Source of the DNA: Actinomycetes bacterium
Lineage (GTDB): Bacteria > Actinomycetota > Actinomycetes > Prado026
Direction of reading: 5' to 3'
Assembly: GCA_038210415.1 (NCBI GenBank)
Contig: JBBQWS010000003.1
Coordinates: 59,577-123,576 of the forward strand
DNA length: 64,000 nucleotides
The translations under genes and the position numbers were made by a program. Below, one piece after another: positions 38,904-50,503 of this stretch; position 1 is the stretch's first letter, and every line of letters begins with the position of its first letter. The notes below the pieces were generated by a model. The model saw only the letters and a list, made by a program, of their open reading frames with translations, was not told the origin of the DNA and searched no databases.

Positions 38904-40421
38904 CTAGACGGGGGTGATTCCGTGGCGGCGGCGGCTGAAGCTGCGGTCCTTGGTCGCAGCAGCGGCGAACCGCAGCACGAGCTCGCGGCGCAGGTCGGCC
39001 GGCGAGACCACCGCGTCGACGACCAGCTCGCTGGCCAGGCGCACGAGGTCGACGTCCTCGTCGTAGTCGGCCCGCCGCGCCGCGACGAAGGCGGCCCGCT
39101 CGTCGGGGTCGTCGATCGCAGCGATCTTGTTGGCGTAGACCGCGTTGACCGCGGCCTCGGCCCCCATCACCGCGATCGAGGCCGTGGGCAGCGCGAGGGT
39201 GGCGTCGGGCTCGAAGCCGGGTCCGGCCATCGCGTACAGCCCGGCGCCGTAGGCCTTGCGCACGACGACGCAGATCTTCGGCACGGTGGCCTCGGAGACC
39301 GCAGTGATCATCTTCGCACCGTGCCGGATGATGCCCTGCCGCTCGACCGCCGAGCCCACCATGAAGCCCGGCACGTCGGACAGGAACAGCAATGGCACGT
39401 TGAACGCGTCGCATGTCTGGACGAACCGGGTGGCCTTGTCGGCGCTGTCGACGAACAGCACGCCGCCCTTGAACAGCGAGTTGTTGGCGACGACGCCGAC
39501 GACCCGGCCGTCGAGGCGACCGAAGCCGACGGTGAGCTCGCGCGCCCACAAGGCCTGCACCTCGAGGAACGACCCGGCGTCGACCAGACCGGCGACGTAC
39601 TTGCGCATGTCGAACGCCTGCCGCGGGTTCGCCGGGATCATCGCGGCCAGGTCGAGGGACGGCGGCTCCACCGGCGCCACAGCCGGCGGCAGCCCCTGCC
39701 AGCTCGACGGGAGATATGAGAGGTAACGCCGGACGACGTCGAGCGCGGCGTCCTCGTCCGGGCACAGGAAGTGCCCCACCCCCGACTCGGCGCAGTGCAC
39801 TCGGGCACCACCCATCTCCTCCAGCGTCGTCTTCTCGCCGGTGACCATCTCGACCATGCGGTCGGAGCCGAGGTACATCGAGGCGTTGCCCTCGACCATG
39901 GCGACGACGTCGCAGAACGCCGGGATGTACGCACCTCCGGCAGCACTCGGCCCGAACAGCGCACACACCTGCGGGATCGAGCCCGACGCACGCACCTGGT
40001 TCCAGAAGATCTTGCCGGCTCCGCGCCGCCCCGGGAACAGGTCCACCTGGTCGGTGATCCGCGCGCCGGCCGAGTCGACGAGGTAGACCATCGGGACGCC
40101 GGTGGCGTACGCCCGCTCGATGATCCGGATAATCTTCTCGACGGTGCGTGCACCCCAGGAGCCGGCCTTGACGGTCGAGTCGTTGGCCATCAGGCAGACC
40201 GGCCGGCCGTCGACGGTGGCGAGACCGGTGACCACACCGTCGGCGGGGAGGTCGCCGGCCAGGACGTTCGCAAGCTCGCCGTCCTCGACGAAGGATCCCG
40301 GGTCGACCAGCCTGGCCACGCGTTCGCGGGCGAAGAGCTTCCCCTTCGCCGCGTTGGCGCCGTGGTAGCGCTCGGCCCCACCGCGGGCGACCTGGTCGCG
40401 CAGCTCGTCGTAGTCGGTCAC
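38904..40421 (-). CDS. Acyl-CoA carboxylase carboxyltransferase (beta) subunit, methylcrotonyl-CoA carboxylase-like
   Basis: GKLFARERV, VDSAGARI, SAAGGAY, DVPGFMVG, RKAYGAG, RHGITPV; TAGGCT 7 nt before GTG. Confidence 0.92.
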   Translation of the reverse strand: MTDYDELRDQVARGGAERYHGANAAKGKLFARERVARLVDPGSFVEDGELANVLAGDLPADGVVTGLATVDGRPVCLMANDSTVKAGSWGARTVEKIIRIIERAYATGVPMVYLVDSAGARITDQVDLFPGRRGAGKIFWNQVRASGSIPQVCALFGPSAAGGAYIPAFCDVVAMVEGNASMYLGSDRMVEMVTGEKTTLEEMGGARVHCAESGVGHFLCPDEDAALDVVRRYLSYLPSSWQGLPPAVAPVEPPSLDLAAMIPANPRQAFDMRKYVAGLVDAGSFLEVQALWARELTVGFGRLDGRVVGVVANNSLFKGGVLFVDSADKATRFVQTCDAFNVPLLFLSDVPGFMVGSAVERQGIIRHGAKMITAVSEATVPKICVVVRKAYGAGLYAMAGPGFEPDATLALPTASIAVMGAEAAVNAVYANKIAAIDDPDERAAFVAARRADYDEDVDLVRLASELVVDAVVSPADLRRELVLRFAAAATKDRSFSRRRHGITPV

Positions 40422-40431
40422 GGTCGCGAGC

Positions 40432-41934
40432 CTAACCGCCGAGGGCCACGCCCACCGCTGCCCGCAGTACCCCGGCCGCCTCGGGCGGCGGGGGGTCGCC
40501 GTCGCAGAGGAGCTCGACCAGCCAGTCGCCCGACCCCGCCGCGACGACCCGGGCCGTGCCGCGGACAGCCGCGAGCGGCACGTCGTCGTCGGCCAGCACG
40601 ACGGTGCCGCCCGCACGGGCCTGGCGGAGCCAGTCGTCGCCCGGACCGGCCGGAACCGACGCGGACACCAGGACGCCTTCGCGGGACGCCGAGTGGACCA
40701 CGGGGATGGCGGCACCGTCCCGCACCCGGCTCACCACCCAGCCGGACGCCTTGAGCACGCCGCCGAGGGCTGAGGCCGCCGCGGCCAACCGGTCGACCGG
40801 AGGTTTGCCGGTCTGCCCGGCCAGCGCCGTCAGCGCGACGGCGAGCAACCCCGGCTGGCCGTCGCGCCGGTTGAACGCCCGCCGGTCGAGGGAGGTGACA
40901 CCGGGCGTCGCGATCACCGGATGGTCGGCCGCCGTGCGCTTGGCGTCGTACTGAGCGCCGTCCGCCATCGCGAACAGTCTGGCCGCCGTGACGACCCCTG
41001 GGATCAGCTCGGTGGACGAGAGCCCGCAGGCGACGCTGACGCCGTACGGCGCCGACCGCGACCCCCGCAGGAAGGCCGACGCCAGCGCCTCGCCCACAGA
41101 CAGGCCGTATCCCGGGAGCACCGCGCAGAACTCGTCGCCGCCGAGCCGGGCCGCGACCGCCCCGGGCACCTTGCCGGTCGCAGCCGAGAGCGCGTTCGCC
41201 ACCGCGACGAGCGCCCGGTCGCCGGCCTCGTGCCCGAACTCGTCGTTGGCCTGCTTGAGCCGGTTCACGTCGGCCATGACGACCGTCACCGGGGCGCCGC
41301 CCAGCCGGTGGGCCTCGAGCGCCGCCGCCAGGCGTTCGTCCACGAGCCGCCGGTTGCCCAGCCCGGTCAGGGTGTCCTGGTACGCCATCCGCTGGACCCG
41401 GGCCAGGTGCTCGACCTGGGCCAGCCCGGCCGACACCATCCCCGCGAACGCCTGGGCGAACGCAAGGTCGTCGTCGTCGTACGGCTCCGACTCCGGACCC
41501 CTGGTCGCGAACAGCTCGCCCCAGATCCGGCCCTCGGCGAGCACGGGCGCCGCGAGCGCGGAGTACGCGCCGATCCGGTCCAGCAGCTGCCGCTCGGCCT
41601 GGTCGCGGTCGTCGGACTCGACGGTCATGGCCCATGGCCGGGCCTCGTCGATCATCAGCCCCAGCATCGGGTACGCGGAGATCTCGTAGGTCTCGTCCGT
41701 GGGGAAGCGCTGCTCGTCCGGCGCGAGGTGGCCGACGTTGACGATGACCCGGGCGGTGCCGTGCTCGCGCTCGATCCGGGCGAGCGAGACGGACCGCGCG
41801 TCGAACGCGAACCGGGCCTCTTCGCATGCGCGCTCCGCGAGGTCCTCGAGCGAGCGCGCGTCGGCCAAGGCCCGGGCCAGCCGGACGAGTCCGGCCAGTC
41901 GCTCGTCCGCCCCCGTCGTGGGTCTTCGCTCCAT
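40432..41934 (-). CDS. GAF-GGDEF diguanylate cyclase
   Basis: N-terminal GAF (EGRIWGELFA); DTLTGLGNRR, ADVNRLKQANDEFGHEAGD, RLGGDEF; no RxxD I-site. Confidence 0.9.
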   Translation of the reverse strand: MERRPTTGADERLAGLVRLARALADARSLEDLAERACEEARFAFDARSVSLARIEREHGTARVIVNVGHLAPDEQRFPTDETYEISAYPMLGLMIDEARPWAMTVESDDRDQAERQLLDRIGAYSALAAPVLAEGRIWGELFATRGPESEPYDDDDLAFAQAFAGMVSAGLAQVEHLARVQRMAYQDTLTGLGNRRLVDERLAAALEAHRLGGAPVTVVMADVNRLKQANDEFGHEAGDRALVAVANALSAATGKVPGAVAARLGGDEFCAVLPGYGLSVGEALASAFLRGSRSAPYGVSVACGLSSTELIPGVVTAARLFAMADGAQYDAKRTAADHPVIATPGVTSLDRRAFNRRDGQPGLLAVALTALAGQTGKPPVDRLAAAASALGGVLKASGWVVSRVRDGAAIPVVHSASREGVLVSASVPAGPGDDWLRQARAGGTVVLADDDVPLAAVRGTARVVAAGSGDWLVELLCDGDPPPPEAAGVLRAAVGVALGG

Positions 41935-41946
41935 CGAACCTGTCCG

Positions 41947-43695
41947 TCAGCCGGGCGGCGTCAGCAGGGCACAGGCGGTCAGCGCGCGCAAGGCGGTGGG
42001 CAGCGCGGACACGTCGCCGGACACCTCGTCGACGAACATCTCGACCAGCCAACCCCGGCCGTCGCGGTCGTGACCGCCGGCCATCACGAGGGCGACCGCG
42101 CCCGCCCCTTCGACGACAGCCCGCTCTCTGGGGTCGGCCTCATCGTCGTCGACCCGCACCACGGCCTTGCCGCCGGCAAGCACGGCCCGGGTCACCGGGT
42201 AGTCGGCGAGCAGGTAGGTCTCACTCACGCCGCTGACGGTCTCGGGGTCCACGAGGTTGCCGAGCCCGAGGCGGAGCGACGAGTACCGCACGGTGCGCAC
42301 GGCCGTGCCGTCGTCGGTCGCCGCCGACAGCCACCAGGAACAGACGTCGATGAGTCCAGCGATCGTCCCGGCGACCACCTCGAGCCGGTCCTGGACCGAC
42401 GCGGCGGCGCTGTGCTCCAGCGTCTCAAGGACGTCCTCGACGAGCCGGTTGATCGAACGGCTGCCGGCTCCGCGCAGCTGTCGGCGGTCTTCCGGCTCGA
42501 GCAGGTGGTCCTGCTCCGCGGCGTCGGCGAGCGCGACGGTGGCGTCGAGCGGCATGCCCCTCCCGGCCACGACCGGCGACCGGCAGCCGCTCCGCTTGGC
42601 CCGGGCCTGCGCGGCGTCGGCCAGCCGGAAGAGCCGCGCCGGGGTGTCGACGGTTCCGACCGGGTCGTCGGTCGAGGCCACACCGCAGGCGATGCCGTCC
42701 TCCATGCCTGCGTTGGCACGCCGGCAGAGGTCGTGGGCGGCCGACACCGCGCCGTCAGCCGTACCGCCCTCGATGATGATGCAGAACTCGTCGCCGCCCG
42801 TTCGCCCGGCCAGACTGCCCGGGGTCAGCCCGGCCGAGAGCGACAACAGCCCGGAGAAGTGGATCAGCGCCTGGTCGCCCGCCGCGTGCCCCCGGCCGTC
42901 GTTGATCCGCTTCAGACCGTTGACGTCGACGACGATCAGGCTGACCGTCCGGCCGTCGGAGCGGTGCCGGTCCAGGGCCTGGTCCAGCCGGTCGTCGATG
43001 GCCCGTCGGTTCGCCAGCCCGGTGAGCGCGTCCGTGTACGCCAACCGCCCCACGCGCTCGAGGTGCTCGGCCTGAGCGATGCTGGCGGCCACCTGCGCGG
43101 ACACAGCGACGGCGTAGTCGAGGTCCGCTTCCGTGAAGTCCGGCTGCCGGTGGTCACGCCCGGCGAACAGCTCGCCCCAGACCCGGCCCTCCAGCAGGAT
43201 CGGGAGAACCATGCAGGACTGCTGGTTCAGGCCCCGCAGGAACACCTCGGCCGCGGCCTGATCACCGGCGGCGTCAGGCGGGTCGCCGAGGACGAACCGG
43301 ACGGGGCGGCCTTCGTGGAACGCGGGGAGCGCGAACGGGAAGTCGGTGAGCGGGAAGGTCGAGTCGTCCGGGCGATGCACCTCGCCGTGGCCGAGATCGC
43401 CCTCGTTGATCAACACCCGCACCCGGGCCAGATCACGTTGCCACACGGAGATCGAGACGGACGCGGCCTGCAACGCGCGCTGGGCGGCTCCCGCGGCGAG
43501 CTCGACGACGTCGTCGAACCGGCTGGCGCCGGCCGCGCAGGTCGCGATCGCGGTGAGGGCGTGCAGGCGCGCGGCAGCACCGTCGGTGGCCGCGGTCGGC
43601 TGCACCTCCGTGCCCACATCGCTCGCCACAGCGCTCACCCTTCCCCCCACGCCCGCCTCGTGACCTGTCAACTCACCCACGACCTCGGCGGTCAC
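41947..43695 (-). CDS. GAF-GGDEF diguanylate cyclase with C-terminal GAF-like domain
   Basis: EGRVWGELFA; DALTGLANRR, DVNGLKRINDGRGHAAGD, RTGGDEF; start uncertain. Confidence 0.9.
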   Translation of the reverse strand: MTAEVVGELTGHEAGVGGRVSAVASDVGTEVQPTAATDGAAARLHALTAIATCAAGASRFDDVVELAAGAAQRALQAASVSISVWQRDLARVRVLINEGDLGHGEVHRPDDSTFPLTDFPFALPAFHEGRPVRFVLGDPPDAAGDQAAAEVFLRGLNQQSCMVLPILLEGRVWGELFAGRDHRQPDFTEADLDYAVAVSAQVAASIAQAEHLERVGRLAYTDALTGLANRRAIDDRLDQALDRHRSDGRTVSLIVVDVNGLKRINDGRGHAAGDQALIHFSGLLSLSAGLTPGSLAGRTGGDEFCIIIEGGTADGAVSAAHDLCRRANAGMEDGIACGVASTDDPVGTVDTPARLFRLADAAQARAKRSGCRSPVVAGRGMPLDATVALADAAEQDHLLEPEDRRQLRGAGSRSINRLVEDVLETLEHSAAASVQDRLEVVAGTIAGLIDVCSWWLSAATDDGTAVRTVRYSSLRLGLGNLVDPETVSGVSETYLLADYPVTRAVLAGGKAVVRVDDDEADPRERAVVEGAGAVALVMAGGHDRDGRGWLVEMFVDEVSGDVSALPTALRALTACALLTPPG

Positions 43696-43737
43696 ATCGC
43701 CTCAGCGCCAGACGACGTTCGCACGCCCATCCGTAAT

Positions 43738-43766
43738 GCTTCGGTCACCCAACGCTAAGGCTGGAC
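43738..43766 (-). promoter_or_regulatory. Candidate sigma28-like promoter for the tandem diguanylate cyclases
   Basis: GTCCAG-N15-ACCGAAGC, compared with GTCAAG-N15-CCCGAAGC at 4118-4146. Confidence 0.45.
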
Positions 43767-43781
43767 CCCTTCCTGCGGAAG

Positions 43782-44702
43782 TCACCCGACTGTCCCAATC
43801 CGGTGTAAACGGGGTCCTGAGCGCAGAGTCTGCGAAGGCAACCGGCGACCGACCATCCGTTCCGCCGCCGCAGAGACGTCCAGCAGCTCGTCGAGGTCGA
43901 CCCCGGTGGCGACGCCGAGGTCCTCGACCATGTGCACGAGGTCCTCCGTCACGACGTTCCCGGAGGCACCGGGGGCGTACGGGCAGCCGCCGAGCCCACC
44001 GACCGACGCGTCGAAGTCGGCCACCCCCAGCTGCAGTGCCGCGTAGACGTTGGCCAGCGCCGTGCCCCGGGTGTCGTGGAAGTGCAGGCCGAGGGCGACT
44101 TCAGGAAAGGCCAAGCGGGTCTCGCCGACCAAGCTGGTCACCCGGCCCGGCCCGGCCATACCGGTCGTGTCGCCGAAGGCGATCGAGTCGGCGCCGTCGG
44201 CCAGGGCCCGGCCCACGATCCGGACCACCCGCTCGACCGGCACGTCGCCCTCGTAAGGGCAGCCCCAGGCGGTGGCGACGATCACCTGCACGGTCGCCGA
44301 CCGCCCATGGGCACGCGCGACCATCTCGGCGATCTCGTCGAGCGACTGAGCCGTGGTGCGGTTGACGTTTTTCAGGTTGTGGGTGTCCGAGGCCGATACC
44401 ACGACCTCGAGCTCGGTCACGCCGGCGGCGAGCGCAAGCTCGGCCCCGCGCAGGTTGGGAACCAGCGCCGAGTAGCGAACCCCGGCGACATGGTCGATCG
44501 TCCCCCAGACCTCTGCTGCGTCGGCCATCTGCGGTACCGCGCGCGGCGAGACGAACGAGACCGCCTCGATCCGGGCCAGGCCGGTGCGCGAGAGCCGGTC
44601 GATCAGGTCGACCTTGGCGGCCGTGCCGACGGTCTCCTCGTTCTGCAGGCCGTCGCGCGGTCCGACCTCACGCAAGGAGAGCATCGCGGGCAGGTCACTC
44701 AT
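43782..44702 (-). CDS. Hydroxymethylglutaryl-CoA lyase
   Basis: EVGPRDGLQNE, SFVSPRAVPQMAD, HFHDTRG, GGLGGCPYAPGASGN. Confidence 0.93.
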   Translation of the reverse strand: MSDLPAMLSLREVGPRDGLQNEETVGTAAKVDLIDRLSRTGLARIEAVSFVSPRAVPQMADAAEVWGTIDHVAGVRYSALVPNLRGAELALAAGVTELEVVVSASDTHNLKNVNRTTAQSLDEIAEMVARAHGRSATVQVIVATAWGCPYEGDVPVERVVRIVGRALADGADSIAFGDTTGMAGPGRVTSLVGETRLAFPEVALGLHFHDTRGTALANVYAALQLGVADFDASVGGLGGCPYAPGASGNVVTEDLVHMVEDLGVATGVDLDELLDVSAAAERMVGRRLPSQTLRSGPRLHRIGTVG

Positions 44703-45705
44703 CGGGCCAGGCTAGCTGGCTGACGGGGACCCCGGACCGGCCCCGGCGGAGTCGGTACGGTTCGACGACGCCAACCCCGCGGACAGCCCGCCGACGCATC
44801 GCCTGGGTGCCGAAGCGGTCGTCTCCGGCCAGGTCCTCGGCCGTCGCGGCATCGACGAGCGCCGTTCCCGGCCGCGCGAGATCGGTCAGCCGACTGGCGA
44901 GGTTCACGGTCTGGCCGAACACGTCGCCCATGCGACCGATCACGAGTCCGGTGGCGAGCCCGACCCGCAGCTCGGGGACGTCCTCGTCCAGCGCGAACAC
45001 CTCGATCAGGTCGAGAGCAGCGCCGGCGGCGGCGCCGGGGGTGTCGCCGACGAAGAGCACCTCGTCGCCGAGGGTCTTGACCATGCGCGCGCCCGCGGCC
45101 GTGATGAGGTCGGCCGACACCTGCTCGAACCGTTCGACGACGGCGCCCAGGTCACGCTCCTCCAGCCGGCGCGACAGCCGGGTGAAGCCGACAAGGTCCG
45201 CGAAGCCGACCGTGACGAACGCAGCGTCGACGAGCGTCTCGTCCTCCTGCAGCACCCGGTCGACGGCTGCGGACAGCTGGCGCCGCCAGGCATGGACGAG
45301 CAACGGCTCCAGCTCGGGGAGCAGCAGCTCGGCGACCCGATAGGCCTCGGTCACCGAGACGCCCGACCGCAGCCCGGTGCCGCCGCTGAGCATCTCGACC
45401 ACCACGTCGACCTGCCACGAGGCCAGCCGTGCCGTGGTGTGGCCGAGCGCCCGGGTCAGGCCCACGGCGAGGTCCTCGGTGATCACTCCACGCTCGACGA
45501 GAGCGTCGACCCGGCGCAGGGCCACGACGTCGGCGTCGGTGAACGCGACCGCGCCGTCGGTGTCGGCGAACCCGAGCGCCCGCCAGTACCGGCGGGCCCG
45601 GTCCAACGAGACGCCTGCCAGGGCGGCGATGTCCTGGCGGGTGTGCAGCCGGGGGGCGCCGAGCAGGAGCTCGTCCAGGTCAGCGACGTCGCGACGCGGG
45701 TTCAC
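44695..45705 (-). CDS. Class III adenylate/guanylate cyclase with N-terminal regulatory domain
   Basis: FADLVGFTRLS, KTLGDEV, DVFGQTVNLASRL; the Lys/Asp pair suggests ATP specificity. Confidence 0.9.
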   Translation of the reverse strand: MNPRRDVADLDELLLGAPRLHTRQDIAALAGVSLDRARRYWRALGFADTDGAVAFTDADVVALRRVDALVERGVITEDLAVGLTRALGHTTARLASWQVDVVVEMLSGGTGLRSGVSVTEAYRVAELLLPELEPLLVHAWRRQLSAAVDRVLQEDETLVDAAFVTVGFADLVGFTRLSRRLEERDLGAVVERFEQVSADLITAAGARMVKTLGDEVLFVGDTPGAAAGAALDLIEVFALDEDVPELRVGLATGLVIGRMGDVFGQTVNLASRLTDLARPGTALVDAATAEDLAGDDRFGTQAMRRRAVRGVGVVEPYRLRRGRSGVPVSQLAWPDE

Positions 45706-45718
45706 CGCCGGGCCGCCG

Positions 45719-46252
45719 TCAGGAACCGTCGGCCGATCCGGTGGTGTCCTGGGACCGTCGCCGGTCGGCGTCGACCTCAGCTAGGTGGTAGATCTCGCGC
45801 TGGATCTCCTCCACCCGCGGGATGTTGCGGATCACCAGGGCGCCGTCCTCAGACGCCGACGACACCGTGAGCGTGCCGCAACCCAGGATCCGCTCGACCA
45901 GCGAGTAGTTGAACTGCACGTCGTTCAGCTTGGAGAGCGGCATGTCCTTGCCGCTGCGCGCGACGATGCCGGTGCGCGTGATGATCCGCCGGTTCGTGAA
46001 CACGTACTGGGTGGTCAGCCAGGCGAGCAACGGGCGGACGAACCAGCCGACGAGCACCACCAGGGCGACCCCGAGGATCGCCCAGGTGACGAAGGTGCCG
46101 GCGCTGCCGTCAGGTTCCTTCGCGAGGCCGTAGCCGGCGAGGCCGACCGTGCCCAGCAGCACGAACGACGGGAACACCATCGAGCGCCAGTGCGGCCGCA
46201 TCTCGAACTGGATGGTCTCGCCCTGGGCGAGGAGCTTGGTCGGGTATCCCAT
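45719..46252 (-). CDS. Bacterial PH-domain membrane protein
   Basis: MGYPTKLL, RPHW, two TM segments, TNRRIITRTG, ERILGCGTL; conserved neighbour of birA. Confidence 0.85.
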   Translation of the reverse strand: MGYPTKLLAQGETIQFEMRPHWRSMVFPSFVLLGTVGLAGYGLAKEPDGSAGTFVTWAILGVALVVLVGWFVRPLLAWLTTQYVFTNRRIITRTGIVARSGKDMPLSKLNDVQFNYSLVERILGCGTLTVSSASEDGALVIRNIPRVEEIQREIYHLAEVDADRRRSQDTTGSADGS

Positions 46253-46294
46253 GCGCACAGCGTGTCACGGATGGACCGGGCGCGGCGGGAGGAC

Positions 46295-47101
46295 CTAGCG
46301 CACGTGCAGCACGTCGCCCGCCCCGACCGCCACCAGGCCGTCGCCGACCTCGACGAGCAGCCGACCGACGTGGTCGACGTCGGCGGCTAGACCCTCGACG
46401 ACCCGGCCGCCCGGCAGCTCGGCCCGCACCTCCCGGCCGAGCGTCGCGCAGCGCGCGCGGTAGTCCGACCGTGCCGACTCGAGCGCGCCCGGGGTTCCGT
46501 CGAAGCCGTCCAGCCGCTGGGCCAGGCCGCGGAGCACCGCGCGCAGGACCGTTTCGCGGTCGACGACCACCGACCCCTCGATCTCGAGCGACGTCGCCTG
46601 CGGCAAGGGCAGCTCGTGCGGCCGCAGCGAGACGTTGAGCCCGACGCCGATCACGACCTGGTCACCGACCCGTTCGGCGAGGATCCCGCCGAGCTTGCGC
46701 TCACCGAGGAGCAGGTCATTCGGCCACTTGAGCGCGACGTCGAGCTCGCAGACCCGGGAGACCGGTCCGGCGACCCCGAGGCCCGCGAGCAGCGGCAGCC
46801 AGCCCCACAGGCTCGGCTCGACCGTCGGCCGCACGAGCACCGAGAACGTGAGCCCGGCGCCCCGTGGCGCGGACCATGCGCGGTCGAGCCGACCTCGCCC
46901 GGCGGTCTGCTCCTCGGCGACGAGCACGAGCCCTGGTTCCTCGCCCACGCGTGCGGCCGCCACGAGGTCGGCGTTGGTCGAGCCGGTCGAAGCGACCACC
47001 CGCAGCTCGCGCCACGGCAGTCCCGGACCGGCCAGGTCGCGACGCAGACCCGACTCCCGCAGCGCCGGTCGGTCGAGGTCGTCGTACGGTCCGCTGGCCA
47101 C
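46295..47101 (-). CDS. birA: Biotin-protein ligase (group I, no HTH)
   Basis: [44 protein letters not shown]. Confidence 0.95.
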   Translation of the reverse strand: MASGPYDDLDRPALRESGLRRDLAGPGLPWRELRVVASTGSTNADLVAAARVGEEPGLVLVAEEQTAGRGRLDRAWSAPRGAGLTFSVLVRPTVEPSLWGWLPLLAGLGVAGPVSRVCELDVALKWPNDLLLGERKLGGILAERVGDQVVIGVGLNVSLRPHELPLPQATSLEIEGSVVVDRETVLRAVLRGLAQRLDGFDGTPGALESARSDYRARCATLGREVRAELPGGRVVEGLAADVDHVGRLLVEVGDGLVAVGAGDVLHVR

Positions 47102-47118
47102 CTGGCTACGCTACTCGC
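47102..47118. promoter_or_regulatory. Bidirectional leaderless promoter for birA and pccB
   Basis: Overlapping -10 boxes TACGCT (+, 47107-47112) and TAGCGT (-, 47108-47113), each 6 nt from a GTG start; the starts are 18 bp apart. Confidence 0.7.
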
Positions 47119-48729
<1,611 letters not shown>

Positions 48730-48762
48730 CCCCACCCCCCTCCCCGCGACAAGGGACCCCTG

Positions 48763-49014
48763 ATGCCAATAGACCGCACTTCCGAACCACTCACGGAACC
48801 CCTCGCGCGCAGCCCTGTCCCGTTCCTCCGGGTGGTCCGGGGCGAGCCGTCGGACGAAGAGCTCGCGGCCCTCGTCGTCGCCGTGGCCGCGGCGTCGGCC
48901 GTCGCCCCGCCCCCCGCCCCCCTTAGGTCACAGTGGCGAAACCGGGCCCGCAACATCCGCCCCGCCATCGGACCCGGCGCCGGCGCCTGGCGCGCCTCCG
49001 GTCTGCCGCGCTGA
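48763..49014 (+). CDS. Acyl-CoA carboxylase epsilon subunit
   Basis: [17 protein letters not shown]...GAWRAS; directly after pccB. Confidence 0.88.
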   Translation: MPIDRTSEPLTEPLARSPVPFLRVVRGEPSDEELAALVVAVAAASAVAPPPAPLRSQWRNRARNIRPAIGPGAGAWRASGLPR

Positions 49015-49049
49015 CGACTTCCACGCTGTCGACTTCCACGTTGCCGACC

Positions 49050-49649
49050 GTGCCCCGGTTCGTCCTGGCCTCCGCCTCCCCCGCGCGGCTGTCGTTGCTT
49101 CGTGCTGCAGGCCTGCACCCCGAGGTCGTGGTGAGCGGCGTGGACGAGGACGCCGTGGCCGGATCCCCGGCCGAGGTGGCCCTGGAGCTCGCCCGGCGCA
49201 AGGCCCGGGCTGTTGCGGTCCTGCCGGCCGCCGCCGGGGCTTTCGTGCTCGGCTGCGACTCGGTGCTCGACCTGGACGGTGCGGCGCTCGGTAAGCCGGC
49301 CGATGTCGCCGACGCGGTGGCCCGCTGGCGGGCCATGCGTGGGCGAACGGGCCACCTGCTCACCGGGCACTGCCTGGTCGACACCGCGACGGGCGCCGAG
49401 GCGGCCGCGTTGGCTCAGGCCGAGGTCCGCTTCGGCAGCCCCAGCGACGCCGAGATCGACGCGTACGTCGCCACCGGCGAGCCGCTCGCGGTCGCGGGCG
49501 CCTTCACGATCGACGGGCTCGGCGGCTGGTTCGTCGACTCGATCGACGGCGGCCCCTCGACCGTGGTCGGGCTGTCGTTGCCGCTGCTGCGCGGCCTGCT
49601 CGACCGGCTCGGGACGTCGGTCACCGACCTATGGCGGCCGGGGTCTTAA
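49050..49649 (+). CDS. maf: Maf-family nucleoside triphosphate pyrophosphatase
   Basis: [33 protein letters not shown]; GTG start inferred. Confidence 0.92.
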   Translation: MPRFVLASASPARLSLLRAAGLHPEVVVSGVDEDAVAGSPAEVALELARRKARAVAVLPAAAGAFVLGCDSVLDLDGAALGKPADVADAVARWRAMRGRTGHLLTGHCLVDTATGAEAAALAQAEVRFGSPSDAEIDAYVATGEPLAVAGAFTIDGLGGWFVDSIDGGPSTVVGLSLPLLRGLLDRLGTSVTDLWRPGS

Positions 49650-49676
49650 CCGGGGCCTAACGACCCGACGCGTACC

Positions 49677-50477
49677 GTGACCACCATGACCGCCCGTCCC
49701 CTCGGGCGCCGCGAGCTCCTCGGACTCGTCGGCGTCGCCGCTCTCGCGGCTGCCTGCTCGGACGGCGGCGGAACCCCCGTGGCGAGCTCGACCCCGGCAC
49801 CGCAGGGCACCGGCGCCGGCCCCAGCAGCCCGAGCCCGGCCGCGAGCACGACGCCCACCGCGGCGAAGCCCGTCGACGACGGCCACGACGTCTCGCACGG
49901 GGCCACGAGCACCCAGGCCGTGGCCCTCACGTTCCACGGGGCGGGCGCCGACTCGATCGCTCGGGGCATCCTGGCGGAGCTGAACCGCGCGAACGCCCGC
50001 GTCACCGTCTTCGCCGTGGGTTCGTGGCTGGACGACGACCCCACCGTGGCCAAGGCATTCCTCGACTCGGGCCACGAGCTCGGCAACCACACCTACCACC
50101 ACAAGGCGATGCGCACGCTCGGCGCCGCCGAGGCCACGGCCGAGGTCGCGCAGTGCACGGCGGTGCTGCGACGCCTCACCGGTACGCCAGGGGCTTGGTT
50201 TCGGCCCTCAGGTACGCCGACGTCCACTCCGACGATCAGGGCCGCTGCCCGGTCCGCCGGCTACCCGCACTGCGTAACGTACAACTTGGACTCCCTCGAC
50301 CACACCGACCCCGGCGCCTCAGCGGTGACCCGGAACGTGCTCCGTGCCGTCGTCGCAGGTGACATCGTGAGCCTGCACCTGGGGCACGCGGGCACGGTGG
50401 CCGCACTGCCCGCGATCCTCGACGGTCTCGTCAAGGGGGCCCTCCAGCCCGTGACCGTCACCCAGATCCTCACCTGA
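49677..50477 (+). CDS. Polysaccharide deacetylase (CE4), Tat-type lipoprotein
   Basis: GRRELL...LAAAC lipobox; VALTFHG, HELGNHTYHH, WFRPSG, DIVSLH. Confidence 0.85.
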   Translation: MTTMTARPLGRRELLGLVGVAALAAACSDGGGTPVASSTPAPQGTGAGPSSPSPAASTTPTAAKPVDDGHDVSHGATSTQAVALTFHGAGADSIARGILAELNRANARVTVFAVGSWLDDDPTVAKAFLDSGHELGNHTYHHKAMRTLGAAEATAEVAQCTAVLRRLTGTPGAWFRPSGTPTSTPTIRAAARSAGYPHCVTYNLDSLDHTDPGASAVTRNVLRAVVAGDIVSLHLGHAGTVAALPAILDGLVKGALQPVTVTQILT

Positions 50478-50503
50478 CTCTCCCTCCGAAAGGAACTTGG
50501 CTC

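Noticed and set aside
49016-49045. Imperfect 15-bp tandem repeat GACTTCCACG(C/T)TG(T/C)C before maf
   Set aside because: Only two copies with no spacers; likely a local slippage duplication, not CRISPR or a clear operator.
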